Shown here piece by piece: positions 63,350 through 64,000 of a stretch of DNA of 64,000 nt. This DNA comes from Macrostomum lignano (taxonomy: Eukaryota): positions 62,001 through 126,000 of the forward strand of contig NIVC01002323.1 in the NCBI GenBank assembly GCA_002269645.1, read 5' to 3'. Position 1 is the first letter of the stretch. The number at the start of each line of letters is the position of its first letter. Under the pieces are notes generated by a model. That model was not told the DNA's origin and searched no databases. It saw only the letters and a list, made by a program, of their open reading frames with translations. The position numbers were made by a program, and so were the translations under genes.

Positions 63350-63895
63350 ACAAACTCAAAATATCACAATGTCGAAAGCACCCTCTTTCTCAAGATTGAA
63401 ATTTCATAACATCAAAAATTCAAATAGCAACCACTTTCACAAGGTTGAAACTTCATACGGTCGAAATTTCACAAGGTCAAAATTTCATAACATCGAAAAC
63501 TCAAATAGCAACCACTTTCACAAGGTCGAAACTTCATATGGTTGAAATTTCACAACATCGAAAACTTTAGCAAGGGACTTCATAAGGTCAAAATTTCACA
63601 ATGTAGAAAACTACCGTATGGTTCTTAACTTCTTGTTATATTAAATTTTCGACGTTGTGAAATTTCAAGCTTATGAAGTTTCGACCTTGTGAAATTTCGA
63701 CTTAATGATATCTCTTGCTAGAGTTTTCGGTGTTGTGAAATCTTGATCTTGTGAAATTTCGACCTTGTGAAAGTGGCTGCCATTTGAGTTTTCTACATTA
63801 TGAAATTTTGACCTTGTGAAATTTCGATCTTGTGAAGTTTCGACCTTGTGAAATAATTTACTTTTCGACGTTGTGAAATTTCGACCTTGTGAAAG
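63350..63895. repeat. Foldback-like imperfect palindrome built from ~16-bp tttcacaaggtcgaaa repeats
   Basis: Repeats face one way in 63350-63610 and the opposite way in 63645-63895. Longer sub-blocks are also mirrored. Confidence 0.75.
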
Positions 63896-64000
63896 CACCC
63901 CGAGGGCAATCCCAAATGGAAAAATCCTGAGTATGCTAGTATAATTAGTATTCACTTAGTATTAATTATATTTTTTTATATAGCTAAGAATTATTTATTT

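Overview
Eukaryotic (metazoan) genomic DNA with spliceosomal GT-AG introns, some only 38-58 nt. This is compatible with a flatworm such as Macrostomum, but that is inference only. Host genes: four paralogous secreted fibrinogen-related-domain (FReD) genes (684-1822 +, 16879-18017 +, 37335-38473 -, and a pseudogenised 39945-41077 +); a 5-exon D-2-hydroxyglutarate dehydrogenase gene (-, 21576-28622) with an internal tandem duplication of two exons; a degenerate FAU-like (ubiquitin-like + RPS30) gene; and several orphan ORFs/exons. Between FReD copies 1 and 2 lies a four-layer transposon nest: an RNase H-bearing LINE, containing a Gmr1-like Ty3/Gypsy LTR element (IN before RT), containing a chimeric Harbinger DNA transposon, containing a second LINE. 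Each inner element has a readable TSD. The rest is minisatellites/microsatellites, a second copy of the first LINE, an RTE-like LINE, a mariner split by a 2-kb TG..CA insertion, and MITEs. The most striking signal is in the FReD paralogs: a ~99% identical ~700-bp core including all three introns, joined within one exon to strongly divergent C-terminal ligand-binding (P-subdomain) ends with patchwork identity. This suggests a constant-plus-variable lectin family diversified by segmental exchange. All identities and counts were read by eye; no database search was run.
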